The translations under genes and the position numbers were made by a program. From Clostridiales bacterium (GTDB lineage: Bacteria; Bacillota; Clostridia; Oscillospirales; Oscillospiraceae), in NCBI GenBank assembly GCA_012719745.1, contig JAAXZS010000189.1, forward strand, positions 2,480 to 26,479: a DNA stretch of 24,000 nucleotides, read 5' to 3'. Within the stretch, counting starts at the first letter, position 1. Each line of letters opens with the position of its first letter. The notes below the pieces were generated by a model that saw only the letters and a list, made by a program, of their open reading frames with translations, was not told the origin of the DNA and did no database searches. Shown here piece by piece: positions 15,528-23,293 of this stretch.

Positions 15528-16409
15528 ATGCTGACAGAAAAAGAAAAGCAATCCCGTTTTAATAATATGTTCTTCACGCTGAAGATCATGGCACTGTTTT
15601 TTTGCACAGCGCCACTGTTTCAGTACTATTTTGGGGACAGTGCCAATCATATGCTGGTAAATCTGAACATTGGCATGGTCGTCATTTTTCTCTGTATTGT
15701 AGTCATTGTGGCTTTCATGTGGATTGTGCTCAACTCCCAGTTCCGTCGGATCAAGGCCGGTCACTATCTGGAGATTGCCATTTTTTATGTGGCATGCCTG
15801 TCGGCTATTTTATACAGTGGCTCTTATCGGAGCTATTATAAAGGCATGTTTATCTTCATGATTGTGGTATATACCATGGATATGGGTATCCGCACCGGCT
15901 TTTTCGTAGCCAGTATTAGTGCGCTCACCATTGTGACGCTGGATCTGACACTCTATCACGACGGCGGCGTCAATGCCTATTTTCAGGCGGATCTGGCGCT
16001 TTCAGCCATGTTTTTCGTGGTGGCATGGGTGCTGGGCTTTTATGTCAAGCTGGAAAACGAGCATATTGAAAACCTGAAAAAAACAGCCAATATGGATGGC
16101 CTCACGGGTCTTTACAACCACCGCTATTTTTACGATACCATCACCGCTCTTTTTGAGAACAATACTCAAAAGCCACTGTCTTTTATTATGCTGGATCTGG
16201 ATCATTTTAAGATCTATAATGACATGTTCGGCCATCAAAAGGGCGATGAGGTGCTGCGGCAGGTTTCCCGCCTGATTGGGGAATCGGCCCGGACGGGAGA
16301 TGTGGTATGCCGTTACAACGCAGACCGAGGCCTTGGCTATGGCGGATCGGTTGCGCCAGTCCATCAGCGATTATGCCTTTACGGGACAGGAGATGCTTCC
16401 CAATCATAA
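15528..16409 (+). CDS. Fragment 1 of a disrupted gene: 6-TM sensor domain plus N-terminal two-thirds of a GGDEF domain (frame lost at ~16316)
   Basis: ATG 15528 has an AAGGGGG RBS; the track start 15465 is rejected. About 190 aa carry six hydrophobic helices. Then come DGLTGLYNHRYF, MLDLDHFKIYNDMFGHQKGDEVLRQV and GDVVCRY. After RY the frame reads non-homologous NADRGLGYGGS... to a stop at 16409. Confidence 0.8.
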   Translation: MLTEKEKQSRFNNMFFTLKIMALFFCTAPLFQYYFGDSANHMLVNLNIGMVVIFLCIVVIVAFMWIVLNSQFRRIKAGHYLEIAIFYVACLSAILYSGSYRSYYKGMFIFMIVVYTMDMGIRTGFFVASISALTIVTLDLTLYHDGGVNAYFQADLALSAMFFVVAWVLGFYVKLENEHIENLKKTANMDGLTGLYNHRYFYDTITALFENNTQKPLSFIMLDLDHFKIYNDMFGHQKGDEVLRQVSRLIGESARTGDVVCRYNADRGLGYGGSVAPVHQRLCLYGTGDASQS

Positions 16410-17139
16410 CCTGACGGTGTCCATTGGTGTGGCGGAGCGGCTGGGACCGGAGGACACGGTACAGGAACTCATTGAACGGGCAGATGCGGCGCTGTACCGG
16501 GCTAAATTTTTTCGCAAGAACCGTGTGGAACTGTATTCCACCGTTTTCGATCAGTTTACCCATCTGGATGTGTCCACGGACAACAGCATTACCTCAGTGA
16601 AAGCGCTGATCACCATCATCAACTCCCGCGACCACTATACTTACAGCCATACGGAACGTGTGGTACGCTACTGTGATGTTTTCGCCGATTACTGTCATCT
16701 GTCCCAGCAGGATAAGGTACACCTGGTCTATGCGGCCTACCTCCACGACATCGGAAAGATCAATGTCAAGAAAGAGACGCTGATTTCGGAGAAGCGGCTG
16801 ACGGAGCAGGAGTGGGAAGAGGTCAAGCGTCATCCTGTGGACAGTGCGGATATTGTCAGTCAGATTCCGGAATTGCAAGAGGTAGTGCCCATTGTGATGC
16901 AGCACCACGAACGCTTCGACGGAACCGGTTATCCTAACGGCCTTCGGGGAGAGGAAATCTGCCGTCTGGCGCGGATGCTGTCTTTGGCGGACAGCTTTGA
17001 CGCCATGACCGCCAAACGTCCCTATCAACCGAGCCGTACCTTCGAGGATGCCTTTGCCGAGATTCGGCGCTGTTCCGGCACACAGTTTGATCCTGCACTC
17101 TCCGAAAGCTTTATTCAGGCCGTGTACAGCGACTTATAA
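16276..17139 (+). CDS. Fragment 2 of the same disrupted gene: C-terminal third of the GGDEF domain plus an intact HD-GYP phosphodiesterase domain (homology starts ~16315, +1 frame)
   Basis: TTQTEALAMADRLRQSI...LTVSIGVAE...RADAALYRAKFFRKNRV is the GGDEF C-terminal part. The HD-GYP signatures YSHTERVVRY, YLHDIGKI and HHERFDGTGYPNGL follow. There is no convincing RBS or start of its own; the track start is a TTG. Confidence 0.8.
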   Translation: MGNRPGREMWYAVTTQTEALAMADRLRQSISDYAFTGQEMLPNHNLTVSIGVAERLGPEDTVQELIERADAALYRAKFFRKNRVELYSTVFDQFTHLDVSTDNSITSVKALITIINSRDHYTYSHTERVVRYCDVFADYCHLSQQDKVHLVYAAYLHDIGKINVKKETLISEKRLTEQEWEEVKRHPVDSADIVSQIPELQEVVPIVMQHHERFDGTGYPNGLRGEEICRLARMLSLADSFDAMTAKRPYQPSRTFEDAFAEIRRCSGTQFDPALSESFIQAVYSDL

Positions 17140-17155
17140 AAAATATAAATAAGAA

Positions 17156-17184
17156 AAGCGGCGGATGCCTTGCATCCGCCGCTT
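17156..17184. terminator. Bidirectional rho-independent terminator between convergent genes
   Basis: AAGCGGCGGATGC (17156-17168), loop CTT, GCATCCGCCGCTT (17172-17184): a perfect 13-bp stem. It is A-rich on the 5' side and T-containing on the 3' side. It sits between the stops at 17139 (+) and 17189 (-). Confidence 0.75.
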
Positions 17185-17188
17185 ATTG

Positions 17189-18400
17189 CTACCCGATCGA
17201 CTCCCCGGCCAGACGTCCGCTGGCCCAGGCCCATTGCAGATTGTAGCCGCCGCAGTCGCCGTCAATATCCAGCACCTCGCCGCAGGCGTAAAGTCCCGGT
17301 ACAAGACGGCTTTCCATGGTTTTGTCGTCAAATTCCTCTGTACACATCCCACCGGCCGTGACCTGGGCACTGTCAAAGCCGCAGCTGCCGGTGACGGGCA
17401 GGGGAAAGCGTTTGCAGACATGAGCGATGGCAGCGTGATCCTTCTCCCCCAACTGCTCCAAAGGGACGGCGGGGGAGAGACCCGCTGCCTTGACAATGAC
17501 CAGCCCCAGCCGATTGTGTACGGCTCCCGTCAGTATCTGCCCGGCCTCCGCTGTCGGCCAGCGGGCGGCCCGTTCCGTCACCCACTGCCGCACCTCTGCT
17601 TCTGTGCGATCCGGCCAGAAGTCCAGTTCCAACGTAAGATATTCTCCGGCCGCCGCGGCGCGGGAGAGGTCAAAAACCGCAGGGCCGCTGACGCCGTATT
17701 CGGTAAAGAGGATTTCCCCCCGGTTGACGGCTTTTCTTCGACCGTCCTCAAGCAGCGTAAGTCTTGCGTCCGCCTTAACCCCCTTGAGAGAACGGGGATA
17801 GGTGGGATCGGTTTTCAGCTGCACAAGCGCCGGATAGAGAGCTGTCCGGTGATGGCCCAGGGCTTTGAGCAGCTGATAGCCGTCCATGACGCCCCCCAAC
17901 TTTCCACCCGCCGCCCCGCCGCATGCTACGATCACGGCCTCGGCGGCAAAGGTAGTTTCACCCGCTGTCACCGTAAAGCCATCGGCATTTTTTCGGATGC
18001 GCTCCACCGAAGCGCCCGTTATGGTCGACGCGTTGTCCCGGCTCTCCAGCGTAAAGCGCAGTACATCCAGTACACTGTTGGCCATGTTGCTGTAAGGATA
18101 GACCCGGCCGTCCGGCTCAGTGACAGTGACAAGTCCCAACGCGCCGAAGAAGGCCAGCGTGTCCGCCGACCCGAAGCGAGAGAGAGCAAAAGCGGCAAAG
18201 TTCGGGTGTTCCCCGTGATAGTGGGAGATGTCGGCGCGGCAGTTGGTAAGGTTGCACCGCCCATTGCCGGTGGAGAGCAGCTTGCGTCCCACCCGGCTCT
18301 GCCGCTCCAGCAGTAAAACGTGGTTTTCAGGATTTTCAGAGGCGGTCAGGGCGGCCATCAGCCCGGCGGCGCCGCCCCCGGCGATCACAATTTCTCTCAT
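17189..18400 (-). CDS. HI0933/BaiN-family FAD-dependent flavoprotein (NAD(P)/FAD-dependent oxidoreductase)
   Basis: 403 aa. It has the dinucleotide-binding start MREIVIAGGGAAGLMAA, then GRKLLSTGNGRCNLTN and the C-terminal GLYACGEVLDIDGDCGGYNLQWAWASG typical of the family. AAGGAGG lies 7 nt upstream. Confidence 0.85.
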   Translation of the reverse strand: MREIVIAGGGAAGLMAALTASENPENHVLLLERQSRVGRKLLSTGNGRCNLTNCRADISHYHGEHPNFAAFALSRFGSADTLAFFGALGLVTVTEPDGRVYPYSNMANSVLDVLRFTLESRDNASTITGASVERIRKNADGFTVTAGETTFAAEAVIVACGGAAGGKLGGVMDGYQLLKALGHHRTALYPALVQLKTDPTYPRSLKGVKADARLTLLEDGRRKAVNRGEILFTEYGVSGPAVFDLSRAAAAGEYLTLELDFWPDRTEAEVRQWVTERAARWPTAEAGQILTGAVHNRLGLVIVKAAGLSPAVPLEQLGEKDHAAIAHVCKRFPLPVTGSCGFDSAQVTAGGMCTEEFDDKTMESRLVPGLYACGEVLDIDGDCGGYNLQWAWASGRLAGESIG

Positions 18401-18412
18401 AGGAGTGCCTCC

Positions 18413-18832
18413 TTACATCTTTGCCTTTCGGAAGGTGAGATAGCCCTCCAGCATCAGCGACGCGGCCACGGCATCCACTGTTTTCTTTCGCTTTTTAGCG
18501 TTTTTACCGTTGCCCAGCAAAATGTTATGGGCGTCGATGGTGGTGCGCCGTTCGTCCCACAGGGTGAGTGGCAGACCGGTGGTCTCCTTCAGAAGCTCAC
18601 CGAAGGCGGCGGCCTTTTCCGCCCGGGGCCCCACGGTGCCGTTCATATTTTTGGGATAGCCCAGCACCAGCTCCGTGACGCCGTGCTGGGTGATGAGCGC
18701 CTGAATTGCCTCCGCCAGCCTGTCCGCGCGATAAGCGTCAATGGTAGCGGAGAAGCCGGCCAAGGTGCCGGTGGCGTCGGAAATAGCGATGCCAGTGTGG
18801 GCGTCGCCATAATCAATGGCCATAATTTTCAT
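18413..18832 (-). CDS. ruvX: Holliday junction resolvase-like nuclease RuvX (YqgF)
   Basis: MKIMAIDYGDAHTGIAISD...VLGYPKNMNGTVGPRAEK...WDERRTTIDA...VDAVAASLMLEGYL is the YqgF/RuvX pattern. The start is chosen at ATG 18832 rather than the track's 18901 extension. Its stop lies 12 nt before the downstream flavoprotein start. Confidence 0.85.
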   Translation of the reverse strand: MKIMAIDYGDAHTGIAISDATGTLAGFSATIDAYRADRLAEAIQALITQHGVTELVLGYPKNMNGTVGPRAEKAAAFGELLKETTGLPLTLWDERRTTIDAHNILLGNGKNAKKRKKTVDAVAASLMLEGYLTFRKAKM

Positions 18833-18946
18833 AAAAAACGGAGTTCCTTTCCCCTTTATCATTCTTTCCTTTATCATACACACTTTTGAACCGGGCTGCA
18901 ACCGGGAAAAAGGTTAAAAATTATCTAAAAAAGTCCTCAAAAAGTG

Positions 18947-18975
18947 TTGACCTGCCGGAAATAGTGATGTATACT
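18947..18975 (+). promoter_or_regulatory. Candidate sigma-A promoter of rpmG-secE-nusG
   Basis: TTGACC (18947-18952), 17 nt, TATACT (18970-18975). Confidence 0.5.
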
Positions 18976-19112
18976 TAACATTACCTATGAACAGGGCTTC
19001 TTTTTTTGCGCGCTTTTTCGCTTCAACGCGCGGAAAGGGTGTGACCCCGAATTTATGTAGGGAGGCAGTCGGCGTCCTGTGTGGGATGCCAATAATAAGG
19101 AGGTGCCGTTAG

Positions 19113-19262
19113 ATGCGTGTTAAAATCACTTTGAGATGTAATGAGTGCAAGCACAGAAACTACAACACGATGAAAAACAAGAAGAACAACCCTGACCGTC
19201 TTGAAATGAACAAGTATTGCCCCTTCTGCAGAAAGCATACCGTCCACACTGAAACCAAGTAA
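19113..19262 (+). CDS. rpmG: 50S ribosomal protein L33
   Basis: Not in the ORF track (49 aa). TAAGGAGG RBS. Hand translation gives [49 protein letters not shown], with the CxxC...CxxC zinc-ribbon form of L33. Confidence 0.93.
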   Translation: MRVKITLRCNECKHRNYNTMKNKKNNPDRLEMNKYCPFCRKHTVHTETK

Positions 19263-19289
19263 TTGGAAGAAAGGAAAGAGTATCGTAAT

Positions 19290-19514
19290 ATGGCAGAAGA
19301 AAAGAAGGTTCAAAAGCCGAAGAAGGACCGCGGCAAGTGGTTTCGTGAGATGAGAAGCGAACTCAAGAAGGTCGTGTGGCCCACCGGAGCCGTCACCATG
19401 AAAAACACCGGCATAGTGCTGCTTTGCTCACTGTGCGTGGGCGCCTGCATCTGGATCTTTGACGCAGTGGCCGTTATGGCCGTGAAGCTGCTGATAAGCC
19501 TGTTTGCCGCCTGA
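19290..19514 (+). CDS. secE: Preprotein translocase subunit SecE
   Basis: MAEEKKVQKPKKDRGKWFREMRSELKKVVWPT...single C-terminal TM helix. Conserved position between rpmG and nusG. ATG 19290 is preferred over the TTG at 19263. Confidence 0.9.
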   Translation: MAEEKKVQKPKKDRGKWFREMRSELKKVVWPTGAVTMKNTGIVLLCSLCVGACIWIFDAVAVMAVKLLISLFAA

Positions 19515-19525
19515 GGTGGAGAAGA

Positions 19526-20050
19526 ATGGCTGATAACGCAAGATGGTATGTGCTGCATACCTACTCCGGCTATGAAAACGCTGTAAAGACCGCCATCGAA
19601 AAGCTGGTGACCAACCGCGGTCTGGAGGAGATGATCCTCAAGATCGAGATTCCTCTGGAGTCGGTGACCGAAGTGACGGAAGCCGGCGACATGAAGGATG
19701 TAGAACGCAAGGTGTTTCCCGGTTATGTCCTGATTAAGATGATTCTGACGGATGATACCTGGCATCTGGTGCGCAATATCCGCGGCGTCACAGGTTTTGT
19801 GGGTTCCGAAAACAAGGCCATCCCCCTGTCTGAGGAGGAAGTGCTGGCGCTGGGCGTGGAAAAACACGAAATTGTTGTGTTGTACCATGTGGGTGACAAT
19901 GTGAAGATCATTGATGGCCCCCTGGCCAGCTTTACCGGCGTAGTGGAGGACATCGAACCCGAAAAGGACAAGGTTCGCGTGGTGGTCTCCATGTTCGGCA
20001 GAGAGACCCCTGTAGAGCTGGAGCTCGATCAGGTGGAGGTTCTGCACTGA
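19526..20050 (+). CDS. nusG: Transcription termination/antitermination factor NusG
   Basis: RWYVLHTYSGYENAVKTAIE (NGN domain), FPGYVLIKM, and a C-terminal KOW (GDNVKIIDGPLASFTGVVEDI). Confidence 0.95.
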   Translation: MADNARWYVLHTYSGYENAVKTAIEKLVTNRGLEEMILKIEIPLESVTEVTEAGDMKDVERKVFPGYVLIKMILTDDTWHLVRNIRGVTGFVGSENKAIPLSEEEVLALGVEKHEIVVLYHVGDNVKIIDGPLASFTGVVEDIEPEKDKVRVVVSMFGRETPVELELDQVEVLH

Positions 20051-20190
20051 GTTTGCTGCAAGGCGCCCTGCGTTTTGCATACAGGCCGGGCAATCGTCCG
20101 GCGCAAGTGGGAGAGACCGAAAGGCCTCGCCAAAAGTGGGTCCGGTGTCGGCCGGCCACTACCACATTTTGATGAAGGAGGTGCCTCTTT

Positions 20191-20616
20191 ATGGCACAGA
20201 AAGTTGTTGGATACGTCAAACTGCAGATTCCTGCAGGCAAAGCAACCCCCGCACCCCCCGTTGGCCCTGCTCTGGGTCAGCACGGCATCAATATCGCCGC
20301 CTTTACCAAGGAATTCAACGAGCGCACCAAGGGTGACATGGGTCTTATCATTCCCGTTGTCATCACTGTGTACGCTGACCGTTCCTTTACCTTTATCACC
20401 AAGACCCCTCCTGCGGCAGTCCTGATCAAAAAGGAATGCAACATTGAGTCCGGCTCCGGTGTGCCCAACAAGACCAAGGTAGCCACCATCTCCAAGGCCT
20501 CTTTGCAGAAGATCGCCGAGCTGAAGATGCGCGACCTCAACGCCGCGTCTGTGGAAGCCGCCATGAGCATGATCGCTGGTACCGCACGCTCCATGGGCGT
20601 TACCGTGGAAGAATAA
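20191..20616 (+). CDS. rplK: 50S ribosomal protein L11
   Basis: [43 protein letters not shown] is unmistakable L11. GAAGGAGG RBS. Confidence 0.97.
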   Translation: MAQKVVGYVKLQIPAGKATPAPPVGPALGQHGINIAAFTKEFNERTKGDMGLIIPVVITVYADRSFTFITKTPPAAVLIKKECNIESGSGVPNKTKVATISKASLQKIAELKMRDLNAASVEAAMSMIAGTARSMGVTVEE

Positions 20617-20630
20617 GGAGGGTGTAAGGT

Positions 20631-21323
20631 ATGTTTAGAGGTAAGAAATATAAAGACAGCGCCAAGCAGATTGACAAGACCATGCTCTATGAGGCCAAGG
20701 AAGGCCTGGAGCTGATCTGCAAGACTGCTACGGCTAAATTTGATGAGACCGTTGAGCTGCATGTCCGTTTGGGCGTGGACTCCCGTCACGCTGACCAGCA
20801 GGTCCGCGGCGCCATCGTCCTTCCCAACGGCACCGGCAAGACCGCCCGCGTCCTGGTTTTTGCCAAGGGCGACAAGGCTGACGCTGCCCGCGAGGCCGGC
20901 GCAGACTATGTGGGCGATATGGACATGGTGGAGAAGATCCAGAAGGAAAACTGGTTTGACTTTGACGTGGTCGTCGCTTCCCCTGACATGATGGGTGTTG
21001 TGGGCCGTCTGGGTAAAGTCCTGGGCCCCAAGGGCTTGATGCCCTCTCCCAAGGCCGGTACCGTCACTCCTGACGTTGCTAAGGCTGTGAAGGAAGTTAA
21101 AGCTGGTAAGGTGGAGTATCGTCTGGACAAGACCAATATTATCCACTGCCCCATCGGCAAGGTTTCCTTCGGTGGTGAGAAGCTGTACGAGAACTATGCC
21201 GCTTTGATGGGCGCCATTGTCAAGGCCAAGCCCGCTACCGCCAAGGGTCAGTATATCAAGTCCTGTGTGGCTGCCGCCACCATGGGCCCCGGTGTCAAGA
21301 TGAACACCGCGAAACTTCTGTAA
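20631..21323 (+). CDS. rplA: 50S ribosomal protein L1
   Basis: [35 protein letters not shown] and [37 protein letters not shown]. Confidence 0.97.
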   Translation: MFRGKKYKDSAKQIDKTMLYEAKEGLELICKTATAKFDETVELHVRLGVDSRHADQQVRGAIVLPNGTGKTARVLVFAKGDKADAAREAGADYVGDMDMVEKIQKENWFDFDVVVASPDMMGVVGRLGKVLGPKGLMPSPKAGTVTPDVAKAVKEVKAGKVEYRLDKTNIIHCPIGKVSFGGEKLYENYAALMGAIVKAKPATAKGQYIKSCVAAATMGPGVKMNTAKLL

Positions 21324-21349
21324 TAGAAGAACAAATCATATATCCGGGG

Positions 21350-21378
21350 TTGACATTTTCGTCACTTCTCGATATAAT
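21350..21378 (+). promoter_or_regulatory. Consensus sigma-A promoter of the rplJ-rplL unit
   Basis: TTGACA (21350-21355), exactly 17 nt, TATAAT (21373-21378). Confidence 0.65.
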
Positions 21379-21384
21379 CAATGA

Positions 21385-21535
21385 TGCGTTCCAAAGACAG
21401 CAGGTGACGGAAGTCGTAAATCCTGCCGAGGATGGCAAATCGTACTGATTGCTTTGAACAGTCCTTGTGTCTTTGAACACAGGGACTGTTTTCCTTTTTT
21501 TGAACGCACCGACAAATCTCATGGAGGTGAAATCC
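21385..21535 (+). ncRNA. Probable ribosomal protein L10 leader (autoregulatory 5' UTR of rplJL)
   Basis: A ~150-nt transcribed leader lies between a consensus promoter and rplJ and contains an intrinsic-terminator-like attenuator. Position and architecture match the Firmicute L10 leader. I could not verify the conserved kink-turn/rRNA-mimic motif by eye. Confidence 0.5.
21457..21501 (+). terminator. Attenuator hairpin plus U-run inside the rplJ leader
   Basis: AACAGTCCTTGTGT / ACACAGGGACTGTT form a 14-bp stem with one G-U pair and loop CTTTGA, followed by TTCCTTTTTTT. Confidence 0.65.
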
Positions 21536-21539
21536 AAGA

Positions 21540-22061
21540 ATGCCTAACGCAAAAGTTCTGTCTGAAAAGCAGGCAATCGTGGCCTCTCTGACTGAGAAGC
21601 TGCAGGGCGCCGCCGCCGGTATCATTGTGGACTACAAGGGTATCAGCGTGGCACAGGATACCGCTCTGCGTGCCGATTGCCGCCAAAACAACGTGGACTA
21701 CGCTGTCATCAAGAACACGCTGCTCCGCTTTGCTTTCAACAACGTAGGTCTGAAGGAATTGGACGATCAGCTCAACGGTTCCACGTCTCTGGCTGTCTGC
21801 CAGAACGATCCCGTGGCGCCTGCTCGCGTGATTGCCGACTACGCCAAGAAGCTGGGTGACAAGTTCGAGATCAAGGGCGGTTTCATGGACGGCAAGGTCG
21901 TTTCCATTGAAACCATCAACGCTCTGGCTGCTATTCCCGCGCTGCCCGTTCTGCAGGCGAAGGTTCTGGGTACCATGCTGGCTCCCATTTCTTCTCTGGC
22001 CTGCGTGCTCCAGCAGATTGCCGATCAAAAGGGCGCTCCTGCCGAAGCAGCTGCCGAATAA
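21540..22061 (+). CDS. rplJ: 50S ribosomal protein L10
   Basis: MPNAKVLSEKQAIVASLTEKLQGAAAGIIVDYKGISVAQDTALR... GGAGGTGA RBS. Confidence 0.96.
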   Translation: MPNAKVLSEKQAIVASLTEKLQGAAAGIIVDYKGISVAQDTALRADCRQNNVDYAVIKNTLLRFAFNNVGLKELDDQLNGSTSLAVCQNDPVAPARVIADYAKKLGDKFEIKGGFMDGKVVSIETINALAAIPALPVLQAKVLGTMLAPISSLACVLQQIADQKGAPAEAAAE

Positions 22062-22134
22062 GGCGGTTTTCTCCCCGCGGAGAAGGACTCCGCAACCCAA
22101 TTTTTAAAAACGAACAATTAGGAGGCTTACTAAA

Positions 22135-22506
22135 ATGAGCGAAAAAGTTACTGCTATGATCGAAGAAATCAAGGGCCTGACCGTTCTGGAACTGTCCGAG
22201 CTGGTTCACGCTCTGGAAGAAGAATTCGGCGTTTCCGCCGCTGCCATGGCTGCTCCTGCTGCCGGTGCTGCTGCTCCCGCTGCCGAAGAGAAGACCGAGT
22301 TTGACGTTGTCCTGACCGGCTTTGACGCTGCTGCCAAGATCAAGGTCATCAAGGTTGTCCGCGAAGTCATGGATCTGGGTCTGGCTGAGGCCAAGGCTGC
22401 CGTGGAAGGCGCTCCCACCACCATGAAGGAAGGCATCTCCAAGGACGATGCCGAGGCTCTGAAGAAGCAGGTCGAGGAAGTCGGCGGCAAGGTCGAGCTG
22501 AAGTAA
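22135..22506 (+). CDS. rplL: 50S ribosomal protein L7/L12
   Basis: [25 protein letters not shown], an Ala/Pro hinge, then [25 protein letters not shown]...VELK. TAGGAGG RBS. Confidence 0.97.
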   Translation: MSEKVTAMIEEIKGLTVLELSELVHALEEEFGVSAAAMAAPAAGAAAPAAEEKTEFDVVLTGFDAAAKIKVIKVVREVMDLGLAEAKAAVEGAPTTMKEGISKDDAEALKKQVEEVGGKVELK

Positions 22507-22543
22507 GTTTGATATTTCGGAAAATAGACAGGAACAGTAAAGT

Positions 22544-23230
22544 ATGATTCTGACCGGATCGCTCGTGAACGGCGCGGCCATTGTCGTGGGTGCCGCCGTG
22601 GGCCTTCTGGCAAAAAACCTGCTGACCGAAAAACTGAAAAAAGCCATTATGGCTGCATTGGCGCTTTTTACCATTGGACTGGCAATTCCCGGTCTGATGG
22701 ACAGCAGCAATGCACTGGTTCCTATTCTTTCCATGGTTCTGGGAACAGTCCTGGGGGAATGGATTGATTTGGATCGGCGTATTACCGCTTTGGGTGACCG
22801 CCTACAGTCCGGGTTAAAAAGGGATCAGTCCCAGTCCTCCCTCGCGGAAGGATTTGTGGCAGGAAGCGTACTTTTTGCCGTGGGTGCCATGGCGATTCTC
22901 GGCGGTATGAAAAGCGGCCTTTCCGGTGATCACAGTCTGCTTTTTGCAAAATCTGTGATTGATGGCATTGGGGCTTTGGTCTTTGCCGCTACCCTGGGTA
23001 TCGGTGTTGCTTTTTCAGGCGTCACGGTGCTGGTGGCGGAGGGCAGCGTGGCTATTTTGGCTTCGCTGATTGCCCCCTATTTGGGACAGGCTGTTATCAA
23101 TGAGATTTCCTTTGTGGGATCGCTTCTGATGATTGGCCTCGGTCTTAATCTGCTGGGTGTGACTAAGCTGAAGATCCTCAATATGGTGCCGGCTGTTTTG
23201 CTGCCCATACTTCTCTGTCTGTTTTTGTAA
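22544..23230 (+). CDS. DUF554-family integral membrane protein
   Basis: MILTGSLVNGAAIVVGAAVGLL..., GDR, EGFVAGSVLFAVGAMAILG and NEISFVGSLLMIGLGLNLLG match my recollection of DUF554 (YdfK-like). 228 aa, highly hydrophobic. Confidence 0.75.
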   Translation: MILTGSLVNGAAIVVGAAVGLLAKNLLTEKLKKAIMAALALFTIGLAIPGLMDSSNALVPILSMVLGTVLGEWIDLDRRITALGDRLQSGLKRDQSQSSLAEGFVAGSVLFAVGAMAILGGMKSGLSGDHSLLFAKSVIDGIGALVFAATLGIGVAFSGVTVLVAEGSVAILASLIAPYLGQAVINEISFVGSLLMIGLGLNLLGVTKLKILNMVPAVLLPILLCLFL

Positions 23231-23243
23231 TGCAAACAAATAG

Positions 23244-23283
23244 AAGAATCCGCATCCTACTAGGATGCGGATTCTTTTATTTT
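23244..23283. terminator. Bidirectional rho-independent terminator
   Basis: AAGAATCCGCATCC (23244-23257) and GGATGCGGATTCTT (23263-23276) form a perfect 14-bp stem, followed by TTTATTTTTC. It lies between the convergent DUF554 gene and gpsA. Confidence 0.8.
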
Positions 23284-23293
23284 TCTTAGATGG

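Noticed and set aside
19053-19313. 86-aa minus-strand ORF from the track
   Set aside because: It overlaps the short but unmistakable rpmG (L33) gene on the + strand. It has no RBS and no recognisable sequence.
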